Below, piece after piece: positions 51,018 through 63,911 of a DNA stretch of 63,911 nt. Made by a program: the position numbers and the translations under genes. This stretch comes from Octopus bimaculoides (Eukaryota). Position 1 is the first letter of the stretch. Each line of letters begins with the position of its first letter. Below the pieces are notes generated by a model. It was not told the origin of the DNA. It searched no databases and saw only the letters and a program-made list of their open reading frames with translations. The stretch is from assembly GCF_001194135.2 (NCBI RefSeq), contig NC_068992.1:18898354-18962264 (forward strand), given 5' to 3'.

Positions 51018-52168
51018 GATAGATGTATAGATAGATATAGGATTAAATGCGATACGTATGTTTAAGTGGGGATTTTTATCTTATATGTGTACATGCAACT
51101 ATTTTTGTTTGATGGGGGACAAAATATGAAGCAACTGAGATATCGATGACACACTGATGATTAATTTCATAAACCTACTGTAATGTACTTTTGTTTTTGC
51201 TTTATTATATTCTATATGTCTTTGACTTCTCTAGTTTATCTCTCTGTCACTAATCTCACTTCTCTCTACATACCTCTCTCTCTTCCCTTCCGTTCTCTAT
51301 CTATATGCCTATCTATCTAATTTTCTATCTATGTATGTGTGTTTGTGTGAGTATATGTGTATTTGTGTGCGCGTGAGTGTGTATTTACATATATGTATAT
51401 ATATATATGTGTGTTTATGAATGTACGTGTATATTTATGTGTGTATAAATGCGTGTGAGTGCGCATTAGTATGTTTATGCATATATAGGCATATACTTAT
51501 TCACAAATCTATCTGTGTAGCTATCACTCCTAATATTTCTCTTTACTCTCTACGCCTGTGTCTAGAAGGCCTTGCAATGTAACCATCTATCCAACAAAAG
51601 ACTGTTTATAATATCATATACTACATGTTCTAATCACTGAATATTGTAAAGGGCCTAAAATTTCATGAGTTTAATCAGCAAAACAATTTAGATTTATACT
51701 TTTCATCGCAAAAGCTAGAATCATCCATCGTATCTGCATATAGCCCAAGAGATGTATGCGAATCATTTAACCCTTTACTAAACAAAGAACGTCTCAGCGT
51801 TTTACGAACTTGGTCTAACAATTACTTTAAACATATTTGTGAGAGCGCCGTTGTTATGTTGACTAAGGGAAAGCTTAGTGTGTTATAGATCTCTTACAAG
51901 TTGGCTAAGATCTTAAGAATACGTAGGAAATATTGTCAGGTAATTTTGTTGCATTAAAAAGGCTCGTTTTATACTACCTCCTAGCTAGTTGATGCTTTTA
52001 GCAATGCTTTTTTCCCGTTGAAATATTTGGAAAAGGCTACCGTTGACTTGTTCGTTCTTCTCTCTGTTATCTCGAAGCCTCTGCAAACGGTCATGTTACG
52101 TTCTCTTCTACTTATACGAAGCAATTATAAATTCGATAACCATAATAATTGTATTTTTAGTGAATCTA

Positions 52169-52420
52169 GGTAAGAAAAAAATGTCACAGGTAAAAAAAAG
52201 TCTCAAGAAAAAAGCCACGGTAATAAAGTCACAGAAATAAAAGTCACATGGGTTTTATTCGGGGTGGGGGGTGTCCGAGGGGGTTTTGTCCTAGTGGGGT
52301 TTTGTCCGTATCCCATAAACTGAATGTGACTTTTTTCCCGTGATATTTTTCATGTGACTTTTCCTAGTCAAAATTGTGACTTTATCACTGTGACTTTTTC
52401 CTGCGATTTTATTACCGGTC
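52169..52420. mobile_element. Foldback-like MITE with modular subterminal repeats
   Basis: About five AAAAGTCAC-like units on the left, about five inverted GTGACTTTT units on the right, and a centre with two GGGGTTTTGTCC copies. Confidence 0.78.
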
Positions 52421-52434
52421 ACCGTTTTAGTAAG

Positions 52435-52608
52435 GGAGATATAATTGATTACCTCGACTCGAATGTCTGACTGGTATTATATTTTATCGACAACAAAAGG
52501 ATACAGATCAAAGTTGACCTCGGTTGCCTTTCACCTCTGAATGTAATGAGCCTGAAAACTGCCGGAAAATGCATTTTGTGCAGCATATGGTTCTGCAAGC
52601 TCGCCTCC
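52435..52608 (-). mobile_element. OK-like SINE, old
   Basis: CTGGTATTATATTTTATCGAC..AAGTTGACCTCGG...GCAAGCTCGCCTCC. Confidence 0.65.
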
Positions 52609-52996
52609 ATGAAACCAATTATAAAACCTCTTCATAAAAATTTTTATATTAATCATGCATGAATTATTACTAAACGGTTTCGGTACAGCTTACGACGATT
52701 AATTTCACTATACTAACTATATTAAAAGTTTAGTATATTAAGTAGCGACCATACTGGAAGAAAGAGCATACTGCGTTATTTCATTTGTGTGCACTTCAAA
52801 ATTTGAATTAACTTTCCTACCCTATAGATTTCTGCTAGGATTTACACCCTAACGTTATTATTCTGGACAATTAAATCTCGATCCAAGACGTACGAAATAA
52901 ATGGACTGACATTTAAATCATTACGTTGAATCAACCTTTCACTGATATTAAACTAAAAACATTCGAGTCACTGGTAAATATCTGTATATGACTATT

Positions 52997-53230
52997 CAAT
53001 AATCCCTCTTCATATCACGGTTCACCAATCGCAGTTCACCTATCACGGTTTAATATTTAAGCTTACGTCGATTCCTCTGTGGTGTTGTTTTGCTTTTATA
53101 ATAAAATAAATATATACAAATTATAAAGCTAATAAAAAATATATAGCGCAGTACTGTTTCTACTTTCTGTATTTTCACTTATCGCGGCATGTTTTGGAAC
53201 GTAACACCCGCGATAGTCGAGGGATTACTG
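52997..53230. mobile_element. Tigger/pogo-like MITE
   Basis: Left end CAATAATCCCTC..ATATCACGG; right end reverse complement CAGTAATCCCTCGACTATCGCGG, followed by TA. Confidence 0.75.
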
Positions 53231-53675
53231 TATATGACTACCATCATCTAGGATTACTGATGGGCATAAAATGAAAAGTTAAGATGAAATATATATAAGC
53301 TAGAATATTCAGAACACAGTTTGTGAGATGCATGCGCTCAGAATTAAAGAATATGATAGGTAATAAGCAACACTAACCATTACAATTCTACTGGAGAAGA
53401 ATAAAGGAAAATGCAGATGGATTTCCCTCACACAACTTTAAATTCGAAAGTTGAGTATGAGATTTGATAAGCCGTAGGATTTAAAAGCCTACAGGAATTC
53501 TCAGAGTTTTTATTACCATATGCAACTGTATACGCATTACTTGTGGATAACAATCTCTCTCTCTCTCTCTCTCGTTCTCTCTCTATCTGCCTCTCTACTC
53601 CCCTCTCTTTATATATTTATGTATCAATATATGTGTGTGTGTGCGTGTGATTGTACTTATATGTATATGCGTGTG

Positions 53676-53725
<50 letters not shown>

Positions 53726-54611
53726 TANNNNNNNNNNNNNNNNNNNNNNNNNNNNNNNNNNNNNNNNNNNNNNNNNNNNNNNNNNNNNNNNNNNNNNNNN
53801 NNNNNNNNNNNNNNNNNNNNNNNNNNNNNNNNNNNNNNNNNNNNNNNNNNNNNNNNNNNNNNNNNNNNNNNNNNNNNNNNNNNNNNNNNNNNNNNNNNNN
53901 NNNNNNNNNNNNNNNNNNNNNNNNNNNNNNNNNNNNNNNNNNNNNNNNNNNNNNNNNNNNNNNNNNNNNNNNNNNNNNNNNNNNNNNNNNNNNNNNNNNN
54001 NNNNNNNNNNNNNNNNNNNNNNNNNNNNNNNNNNNNNNNNNNNNNNNNNNNNNNNNNNNNNNNNNNNNNNNNNNNNNNNNNNNNNNNNNNNNNNNNNNNN
54101 NNNNNNNNNNNNNNNNNNNNNNNNNNNNNNNNNNNNNNNNNNNNNNNNNNNNNNNNNNNNNNNNNNNNNNNNNNNNNNNNNNNNNNNNNNNNNNNNNNNN
54201 NNNNNNNNNNNNNNNNNNNNNNNNNNNNNNNNNNNNNNNNNNNNNNNNNNNNNNNNNNNNNNNNNNNNNNNNNNNNNNNNNNNNNNNNNNNNNNNNNNNN
54301 NNNNNNNNNNNNNNNNNNNNNNNNNNNNNNNNNNNNNNNNNNNNNNNNNNNNNNNNNNNNNNNNNNNNNNNNNNNNNNNNNNNNNNNNNNNNNNNNNNNN
54401 NNNNNNNNNNNNNNNNNNNNNNNNNNNNNNNNNNNNNNNNNNNNNNNNNNNNNNNNNNNNNNNNNNNNNNNNNNNNNNNNNNNNNNNNNNNNNNNNNNNN
54501 NNNNNNNNNNNNNNNNNNNNNNNNNNNNNNNNNNNNNNNNNNNNNNNNNNNNNNNNNNNNNNNNNNNNNNNNNNNNNNNNNNNNNNNNNNNNNNNNNNNN
54601 NNNNNNNNNNN

Positions 54612-54642
<31 letters not shown>

Positions 54643-54904
54643 TATAATACATACATACGTGTATACGTATATGTAGATAGATGTCTTAAATTTTAAGTCG
54701 AAGTAGTTTGTCTTATGTTCTAAAAGTTCTGCTGTAGCTTATAGTGGTTAGTACGGCTATAGCGACTGTCAAATCTTGCAGCCAATATTGCATTTCTTCT
54801 TCACCTCCGTTTTGTTTTTCTTTTTACATTTTTTAAAGATCTATGTACATTTTTAAAGATCTATGTACATGCGATATATAGATACATATGGGAACATGTA
54901 TAAG

Positions 54905-55230
54905 TATACTTGGCTGTGTGGTAAGAGGCTTGCCTCCTAACCACATGGCTCTGTGTTCAGTTCCACTGCGTCGTAGCTAAGGTAAGTGTCTTCAACTATA
55001 ACCTGGCTTCGAACAAAACGTTGTGAGTAAATTTGGTTGACGGTAACTGAAAGAAGCCTGTCGTATACATGTTTGTAATCTTTTACTTGTTTCAGTCATT
55101 TCACTGCAGCCATGCTGGAGCACTGCCTTTTGTCGACCAAATCGACCGCAGGACTTATTCTTTGAAAGCCTAGTACTTATTCTATCGGGCTCTTTTGCTG
55201 AACCGTCACGGAGACGTAAGCACACTAACA
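54905..55230. mobile_element. OR-like SINE 5' half (+, 54905-55068) next to an OR-like 3' half (-, 55080-55230)
   Basis: Both halves match the 6170-6592 copy but lie in opposite orientations. Confidence 0.85.
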
Positions 55231-56595
55231 TACATACATACATACACATATATATATATGTTTACACGAGAACATAAACAGAAAGAGNNNNNNNNNNNNN
55301 NNNNNNNNNNNNNNNNNNNNNNNNNNNNNNNNNNNNNNNNNNNNNNNNNNNNNNNNNNNNNNNNNNNNNNNNNNNNNNNNNNNNNNNNNNNNNNNNNNNN
55401 NNNNNNNNNNNNNNNNNNNNNNNNNNNNNNNNNNNNNNNNNNNNNNNNNNNNNNNNNNNNNNNNNNNNNNNNNNNNNNNNNNNNNNNNNNNNNNNNNNNN
55501 NNNNNNNNNNNNNNNNNNNNNNNNNNNNNNNNNNNNNNNNNNNNNNNNNNNNNNNNNNNNNNNNNNNNNNNNNNNNNNNNNNNNNNNNNNNNNNNNNNNN
55601 NNNNNNNNNNNNNNNNNNNNNNNNNNNNNNNNNNNNNNNNNNNNNNNNNNNNNNNNNNNNNNNNNNNNNNNNNNNNNNNNNNNNNNNNNNNNNNNNNNNN
55701 NNNNNNNNNNNNNNNNNNNNNNNNNNNNNNNNNNNNNNNNNNNNNNNNNNNNNNNNNNNNNNNNNNNNNNNNNNNNNNNNNNNNNNNNNNNNNNNNNNNN
55801 NNNNNNNNNNNNNNNNNNNNNNNNNNNNNNNNNNNNNNNNNNNNNNNNNNNNNNNNNNNNNNNNNNNNNNNNNNNNNNNNNNNNNNNNNNNNNNNNNNNN
55901 NNNNNNNNNNNNNNNNNNNNNNNNNNNNNNNNNNNNNNNNNNNNNNNNNNNNNNNNNNNNNNNNNNNNNNNNNNNNNNNNNNNNNNNNNNNNNNNNNNNN
56001 NNNNNNNNNNNNNNNNNNNNNNNNNNNNNNNNNNNNNNNNNNNNNNNNNNNNNNNNNNNNNNNNNNNNNNNNNNNNNNNNNNNNNNNNNNNNNNNNNNNN
56101 NNNNNNNNNNNNNNNNNNNNNNNNNNNNAGCACAAGTGATTGGTATTATTCTGAATAAACTCATGGGCAGTGACTGTTCTGAATATATCGTTTTTAATAT
56201 TTGCGTGGGTATTATTGTAAGATCCTCGGAGTATTGGAGTAGTGTTACCTGTGGTGAAAGCATTCAAAAGGAGTTTCTTTTTGGCGTTAACTTTTTTTTT
56301 TCTTTTTTTTTTTTTCTAATGCACTGATTATAAGTTACATTGTCCCTGAATTTATAGAGGAGAAAAATTCTGAAGTTGGGTTGTTCGTTATTAGCACAAA
56401 TGTCAATGAGTTCACTTAATGCTAATCAGTTCTTTGTCCGAAACGCGAGAAATTCAACTGGTCGGGTTTGGGGCTCGGCTCACACCATCAGCGTGTTCAC
56501 CAGCTACATTTAACACCGTTTTGAAGGGATATCCTCGACCTCCGAGCCGAGAGACCTCCAAGCATTGCAGCAATACAAGCAAGCATTCACATACG

Positions 56596-56627
<32 letters not shown>

Positions 56628-57542
56628 CACGCACACACACACATACACACACATACACGCACGCACACACACACATACACACAGAAGCAAACACGCACAC
56701 ACACACACAAACCTACACATACATGCAAACCCACACACACGCACGCACACATACACACGCATGAGCAAACAAACACACTCGTACACATTCGCACATGCAC
56801 ACTCACACAGTCACAAACTTTGTTTTAATTTATAGTTGTTATTCACCTTTTTACGCTTGTTGTATTTTGGGACTTCATACAAAAAGAAAAACAAAAAAAA
56901 AAGAAACGAAACAGAACAATGGAATCATAAAATAATATATGGTTAAAGCCATAAACAAAACCAAATACTTGGAACCATGAAAAAGATATATGGTATCGGA
57001 ATTGTGAAATATAGCAAAGTTAAAGCTGTAAGCAAAATCCCAGCGTTGGAGACACGAACGAAAATTACGCTACTGGAATCGTGAAACAATAGATGGTTAA
57101 AGCAATGAATGAAATCACAAGAAGTCCTTCTTGAAGTCATGATGTAAAACACATTCTTTGGAACTAAAACTCACCAGTGCTGTCCCCGTCTCATATATAT
57201 TTTGATTAATGTCTTTTGTTTTATGAAATTTGCGATAATTTTTGCTAACATCAAGAGCGAGACCAGATGATTCATTTTTACTGGCGAAAACATTGATTTA
57301 TGTTTTTTGCAAAAAGGCATTTAAGGTGGTGGGAGGAGTGTAAGAATGGGTGCGAGATGACAAAAATTAAAGAAAGTAGTAAAGAAAGAAATTGAAAGAA
57401 AATCATAACAACGTAAATAGCAAATACATCAGCAACGTAAATAGCAAAAACAACGTCATTGAAAGAGAGAAAACAAATGAGTTTTATCACAAGTGTGAAT
57501 AGCAAATAAATCAAAATACGTTAAATTTATAATAATAAAAAT

Positions 57543-57556
57543 GACGATGATGATGA

Positions 57557-57632
<76 letters not shown>

Positions 57633-57637
57633 TGTCG

Positions 57638-57694
<57 letters not shown>

Positions 57695-57695
57695 T
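57543..57695. repeat. (GAT)n, (AGT)n and (AAT)n compound array
   Basis: Directly visible. Confidence 0.97.
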
Positions 57696-58098
57696 TGCTG
57701 AGGGGTAATATATTTTGTATCTGTCTGATATGATTAAACAGAACAAGAACACAAAGGTGAAATTGAAATGAAATACTTTCCTATTCATCATTTCTGTTGA
57801 GGTCTCTCTTTGATCCTCTTTTGAAGTGGATTTTCACACGAGAGAATCAAGTGTAGCTTCGAACTCGTGTATGTATTACTATGATCTTATCCCTTAATTT
57901 ATTGGGTAGAGGAAGGTTAGAAACATTGTGATCAGAGGGAGATCATCTCTACATGTAATATACACATACGAGGGGATTCACCTTTTTTTTCGCGGTTACT
58001 GGTCATTTGACAATTCAAAGGACCTCTTATATACATACGTGTGTGTGTGTGTGTGTGTGTGTGTTTGTGTGTGTGAGAGTGTGTAAGTGTAAGCATTT

Positions 58099-58137
<39 letters not shown>

Positions 58138-58699
58138 TGAGCGTGTATATTTCTAAGTATGTGTGCATCAATTTGTATTTATATATTAGTATGTGCGCGT
58201 CATTGTGTAGGAATTTGGGGACATTGGACTTATAAATGTGGGAGGAAAAGTACTCAATATAAAATAGAGCATTTCTTTTTTTAATAAAATGGCAAATAAG
58301 GTGCATAGCTACTCTGAGTTTCCATTTCTTTCCCATTTTTGAAGATGGCTCGCATTCCGTTCAACTAATCATAGAATCCCATTCACCTGCCAACTTCCTA
58401 TTGATTTGTTGCGATAATGTTTTTATTCTTTTTAATTTATGCGATTTCTCTGCTTTACTACCAGAAATTTAGCATCGCGTAGATAGTAGGTCTGAAGAGC
58501 AGAGATGTCGCTCCATGTAAAGGCGTGGTATAATTTACTATAATAATTTTTACTTAAACTCGGGGTATTTCAAAGTTTATTATTGGAGCAAATGCCTTAG
58601 AAGCTGCTTGTTTCCGTTTATATATCGGCACTAACTCTTGTTGTTTTTAATGTCACAAACATTTGACTAACATCTGATGTTATATTTCTTACTTTAGTA

Positions 58700-58910
58700 A
58701 AGCGGCAAAATGGCAGAATCGTTAGCACGCCGGGCAAAATGCTTAGTGGCATTTTGTCTCTACGTTCTGAGTTCATATTCCGCCGAGGTTCAATTTGCCT
58801 TTCATCTTTTCGGGGTCGATAAAATAAGTACTAGCTGAGCACTGGGGTTGATGTAATCGACTTATCCACACTTCTGAAATTTCTGTCTTTGTGCTAAAAT
58901 TTGAAAGGAA
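58700..58910 (+). mobile_element. OK-like SINE
   Basis: TGGCAGAATCGTTAGCACGCCGGGCAAAATGCTTAG...TTTCGGGGTCGATAAAATAAGTACTAG. Confidence 0.9.
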
Positions 58911-60879
58911 TATGTCTTAACTTAGTAGAGCTGGCATATTATTCTTGCGATCAATACTTAGTTGATATTTGTGTTGTTTTTGATGTCCATTGTAAGTGCC
59001 TGTTATGTATAACTGAGTGAGTGTCTTAAGTGAGCACGGTCTTGAAAATATTTTGACAGACCTCGATGTAGTTATGTTATTGTCGGGTCATATCTCAGCT
59101 CTCGGCTGCTCGTTCCATGAGAGCCTTTGTTAAGCAATTATAGCTAAGTTTACAGGACCTGTCGTTGCTGCTATTCAACTAAAATTAATGATTTGGTTTG
59201 TCCCCGTGTGTATTGTTGCTATGATAACATGAAACCATAAACGCAGCAAGGATTTTAGCATGATTACACTAAAAGTTATGTTGAACCAGTTGATACGTTT
59301 TCCTTTTTAGGTTTTGCTGTTACGTTTATTTCTTTCTTGTATTTAATAGAGTTTCTCTTAGAGTAATTTTTTTAATAATTAGTGTGATGTGCAGCGCGTT
59401 TTAATAATTAAGAAAATTCTGTTAATATCACAGAATTTTTATGTATATGGATGATTGGTTAAAATTTCTTTGAAGATAGCGTATGTCACATTCCGTCATT
59501 CTATAAGGGTGTTATGGTAACAGCTATGTACAAAAGCCAGTTAATATAATCTTAAAGGAACTCGAAGACTGCTCTTTGAATCCGTGTAACACAAACATTC
59601 TATTATGTAGTATTAATTGCTTAAACTTTACTCCCAGTAATATTAACATTAAACATTTTTCAACATTAATAACTAATTTTAACCAATCGAGAGAAATAAA
59701 ACACCAACATATTTTGATCTGGATAAATAATTATGAGTTATAAAGTAACACATTTTTTTTTATTATGATTGCAGTAATGTCTTTATTGTATTATCCTTCC
59801 CCTGAAAGACTCATCTTTTCAAAGTTTTTCTTTCCTTTCATTAATTCTAAAAATACGCCGACCAATATTATGCCCCGATTCCATTGGATCTAAAATAATG
59901 ATGAAATGAAAGGAATCGATATCTTTTTTTGGCTAAAAAGGGAATATTTTCACCTGATAAAAGATATTCAACCAAAATTAACGGAAAAACAACAAACGAA
60001 AAATAGAAGGGAACAAAACAAACAATAAACTAAAAAAAAAAAAATGAGAGAGACATGATAAAAACAAAAGCAGCATAGATAGAAAGACATTAGTCAAAAG
60101 AAGAGAAGAATGATTGAGAAAATACGTCAAAGGTTAGTCAGATAGCAGATAGAAAACCTCTGAGAATTGCTGAAAACAACTAAAATAGTTTTCTTATATT
60201 GTACATTAAAATGAGCACGATACTACGATAGAGAGGCGATCTAAAGTAGCATAGGTGCTTGTATTTGAAGTTCTGTTTCAATCTCACTTCATTTAGTGTT
60301 TTCTCATAAGTATTGTTGTTGTTTTTGTTTTCGTTTCATTATGCGTGAAGTTTTAAACATTCAGGTTGAGAAAGAAGTGTGAGATTGTGGAGGTCAGCTC
60401 ATAGTATCACAAAATATATATACGCTGAAAAGTAGTCTCAGTATTAGATCTTAGCTTTTAACTGTTTATTTCTTAAACTGAATTGAACATAGTTGACTGA
60501 TACAGAATGTTGGCATTGTCCGAATTTAACAGACTATGTTAAATGTAAACAAGTACCAGATGGTTGTGTTTAAAAGGGCATTTGATTATGATTAATACTC
60601 AAACTTATGAACATGTGATGACTGTTTGTCACTAAAGATGTGTGAGTTGTTGAGTGTGCTAGATGCTAATGTATGCTTAATAGTGTTTGTGATTATTACA
60701 AGATGTATGCATTTCTAAACATCTCCGTTGTCGAATTGAGGGACTCCCAATTTATTGGGATTAGACGCATTATTAAGCATACATCCCTAAACAAGGAAAC
60801 AATTGCATATACACACACATACTACCCCCATCCAACCGCATTACCCCCTTGAACTTGAAACATCACTCGTTTCTTTTTC

Positions 60880-61040
60880 TTTCACCCACTATGGTTCTTT
60901 CTATCCCTTGATGAATGAATAATACCCGAAACGTAAGATACTTTTTCTTTCATTAAGTTTATACGCATACACTGTTTGCTAAAACTTTCCCTCCTTTATT
61001 GTCGATTGTTTTTGTCTTGTTAATTGAATTTACTATACAT
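60880..61040 (+). mobile_element. Penelope-type 3' end fragment with a degenerate minimal hammerhead (60902-60940)
   Basis: TATCC-CTTGATGA-ATGAATAATACCC-GAAAC-GTA-AGATA, followed by a T-rich tail. Confidence 0.55.
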
Positions 61041-62040
61041 ACATAAATACATATATACATACGTACGTACGTACATACTACATACACACATTTCCAGATC
61101 TTTCAGTGGGGCATATATAAAACGTCAACTTTCTAAATTTAAGTAATCCACCACAGTAAAACCGAGTCATCCTGAAAGCTGTATTTTACACGTTTGCTCA
61201 CATCATAAGCAGAAGTACAAGACCATACATATAGTAGCCTGTTCATCAAAATCAAAATATATTTTACTATAGGTAGAAGGTTACAGAATTGCGAGGAAGA
61301 GATGGCAACAATAAAATCACTTTTATTATAGATACATGGACACAAATAATAATGATTTTAAGAATGAAGGAAGGCCAGTATGGGTTGGTAGTCATTGTTA
61401 TTTTTAATCTTGAACTTAGTACTTAATGTGCAGTTTGTTGATCCGGTATGGGGAATATAAAGGAAAAGGACGTAAAAATTAACTCTCGATATTTCATATA
61501 TTTCTGTTATATTAATATATTTTAGTTTATGCTCCATAAATATAGTAAATGAGAATTTTCTAAATAGAAACTACATAAAAATTTAGCCTGCAGTACTAGA
61601 ATGAAGCCACTAACTTATTTTAAAGAAAATATTTTTTGTAGTTGAATCGGAGCATTTAGAACAAGTACAGAAATGCAATGAATGAAACAAAAATTCTCAG
61701 TGCTTTACTTGCTTGTATTGCATTGACAACTGTCAGAGGCTATTTCGGCTATCTTAACCAGTTCTGTATTACTTTACTATTTTAGTATTGAATTAAATGA
61801 ATTTAAATGTCATAGTCCTTCCTGCCTTGACTAATTGTTTGCCTTCCTCGCTACTTTGACCGATACCTATTGAGTCAAATATAAGCCACCAACTGTTAGA
61901 TTTTTTTCGGACAAGGGTTTCACACACCACAACTCCAGCCGCTGATCTAACTGGAATTTTTGGTGGATTAGCTACTAGAGTACTCAGAACGCATACCAAT
62001 TACTTTGGGTTACCTTGGCTTAAATTCCTCATATCTTATA

Positions 62041-62073
<33 letters not shown>

Positions 62074-62089
62074 CACATACACACTCACG

Positions 62090-62203
<114 letters not shown>

Positions 62204-62205
62204 TA

Positions 62206-62615
62206 AGTCGTTTCTGGTTCAGTTCCACTGCATGGAGCCTTCTGTAGTTCTGTAGGTGTCTTCTACTATATCTCAGATTCGACCAATATGTTGTGGAGGG
62301 AATCTCGTAGACGAAAATTGACTGGAAGTCCATCACGTTTGTTTTTTCGTATATATGTATATGTGCATATATATGTGTTTGTGTGTATTTTGGGGGAATG
62401 GGTGAGGTGAGAGAGAGTGTGTGTATATATATCTATGTGTACTTTTGTGTGTGTTTGCTACCATCACCTGCCAACTGGTGTTGATTTCATTTGAAGTGGT
62501 TCTTCAAAAGTGACCGATAAAGGAAGTGCCAGACTTAGAAATGAGTACAAGGGGTAAGACCCTTCAAGGCAGTGGCCCTGCATGGCCATAATCAAAAGAG
62601 CGAAACACCTAAAAG
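62206..62615 (+). mobile_element. Old full-length OR-like SINE
   Basis: Head GGTTCAGTTCCACTGC..GTGTCTTCTACTAT, central microsatellite, tail GACCGATAAAGGAAGTGCCAG..GCATGGCCAT..GAAAC. Confidence 0.7.
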
Positions 62616-63859
62616 GTAAAAGATAAACAAAATAGATACCAAGATCGTGTATTTCGCTTTACCTGTACATTCATCCATGCCTACGTAAAAGCGTACAATC
62701 TCGTGTGTGTAGTATACGCATGTACAAACATTAACACAGATATTTTGTGTTGCGCGTTTGTGAGTGTATATGCATGTATGTATGTATGTATGCATGTATG
62801 TATGTATGTATGTATGCGTGTATGTATATATGTTTGTATCTATATATTAACATGTTTGTGCTTTGCATATGTGTGTCCGTGTATATATACATGTCTGCAC
62901 ATGCACACAGAAGCAAGACTTCATTTTCATGTAAGGAGACATGAAGAAGTAAAGTTTTATGCTTGCAATTATATTGATTATTTACAATGCGCCATTATAT
63001 AATCCCTCTATGTATGCGCCTATGTGATTACTAGCAGCGGTGACCAACAATATTCACGTTTTATTGACTTCAAGACACATTATTTTCATTTCCAATATAC
63101 GTTCTGAGAAATATGCTATATATAAGTGATGAGCACCTACTTTTGTGATTATAAAGGCTAAAGCAACGTGATAATAAAATTACTTTTCAGGCTAAGCCTT
63201 AAGCGCAATACCTATTTATGATATACTATAGCATAAGGAGTCACAAATCCTGATGTAAACGAAATGGCCGTATCCTCATAAAACAAACACCGAAAAGAGG
63301 TGGGTCTGCAATTGGCTGATAACATAGTATTTTTCTCAATTGAAGGACTGAGGAAGCGCTAGATGATATGAATTGGCAGGGAAAACGTTGTGCGGTGAGG
63401 GGGGGGGGTCGGATAAGAATAAACGACTAGAAAATTGAATATAGTAAATTAAATAATGGTAGTGATGTGCAACTAATGGTGGATGGTTCCGCTTTGACAA
63501 AGATTTCTTTATTCAACACCTAAAGCTGTTACATTGGTTAAGCAGATATGGACATTAAGGTTCAGCGAAGTAAAACTATTTTTCTCCTTGCTCATTTAAG
63601 ACAAATATGGCGATATCCCATCACAATTTCATAGATGATCGCAAAGTATAATATGCTAAGCCTTTCTCTATTATTTCTTGTCTAAACATCAAACGTTGAA
63701 CTTACATACTTCCAGCCAAATAGTACAAGCGCTTTGCATTGCGGTTGTTTTCCATATATATTTGACAAGGACACCACATATGCGTATTACATACACGCAG
63801 ACATACAGATATGCTCACAAAGTTAAAGTATATACGTATACATACATACATACACATAT

Positions 63860-63911
<52 letters not shown>

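Noticed and set aside
58490-58525. CTGAAGAGC...GCTC hairpin resembling a PLE hammerhead start
   Set aside because: GAAA and the cleavage triplet are absent.
61793-61999. 68-aa minus-strand ORF and an overlapping open plus frame
   Set aside because: No recognisable domain or clear splice boundaries; compatible with chance.

Overview
AT-rich eukaryotic DNA with 14 N gaps and dense microsatellites. It is very likely an octopus (cephalopod) scaffold, inferred from repeated OR1/OR2-like and OK-like tRNA-derived SINEs recognised from memory. I could not support any intact host protein-coding exon, rRNA, tRNA gene or CRISPR array; nearly all listed ORFs are microsatellite, gap or antisense artefacts. 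The window is mostly decayed mobile DNA: Tc1/mariner remnants (Hsmar1-like, DD34D, Tc1 DD34E, maT DD37D), several MITEs, an RTE/RTEX-like LINE, an R4/Dong-like LINE, a Penelope-like element and at least four SINE families. Main observations: (1) a type I hammerhead ribozyme with an intact catalytic core and an 87-nt structured insert in helix II (37111-37246, minus strand), plus degenerate relatives; (2) an RTE/RTEX-like LINE with a 5' inversion and a GATC junction microhomology, a twin-priming-like architecture outside L1; (3) a SINE dimer enclosed by one target-site duplication; (4) a decayed reading frame weakly resembling a Polinton/adintovirus minor capsid. All family assignments come from motif recognition, not database searches.
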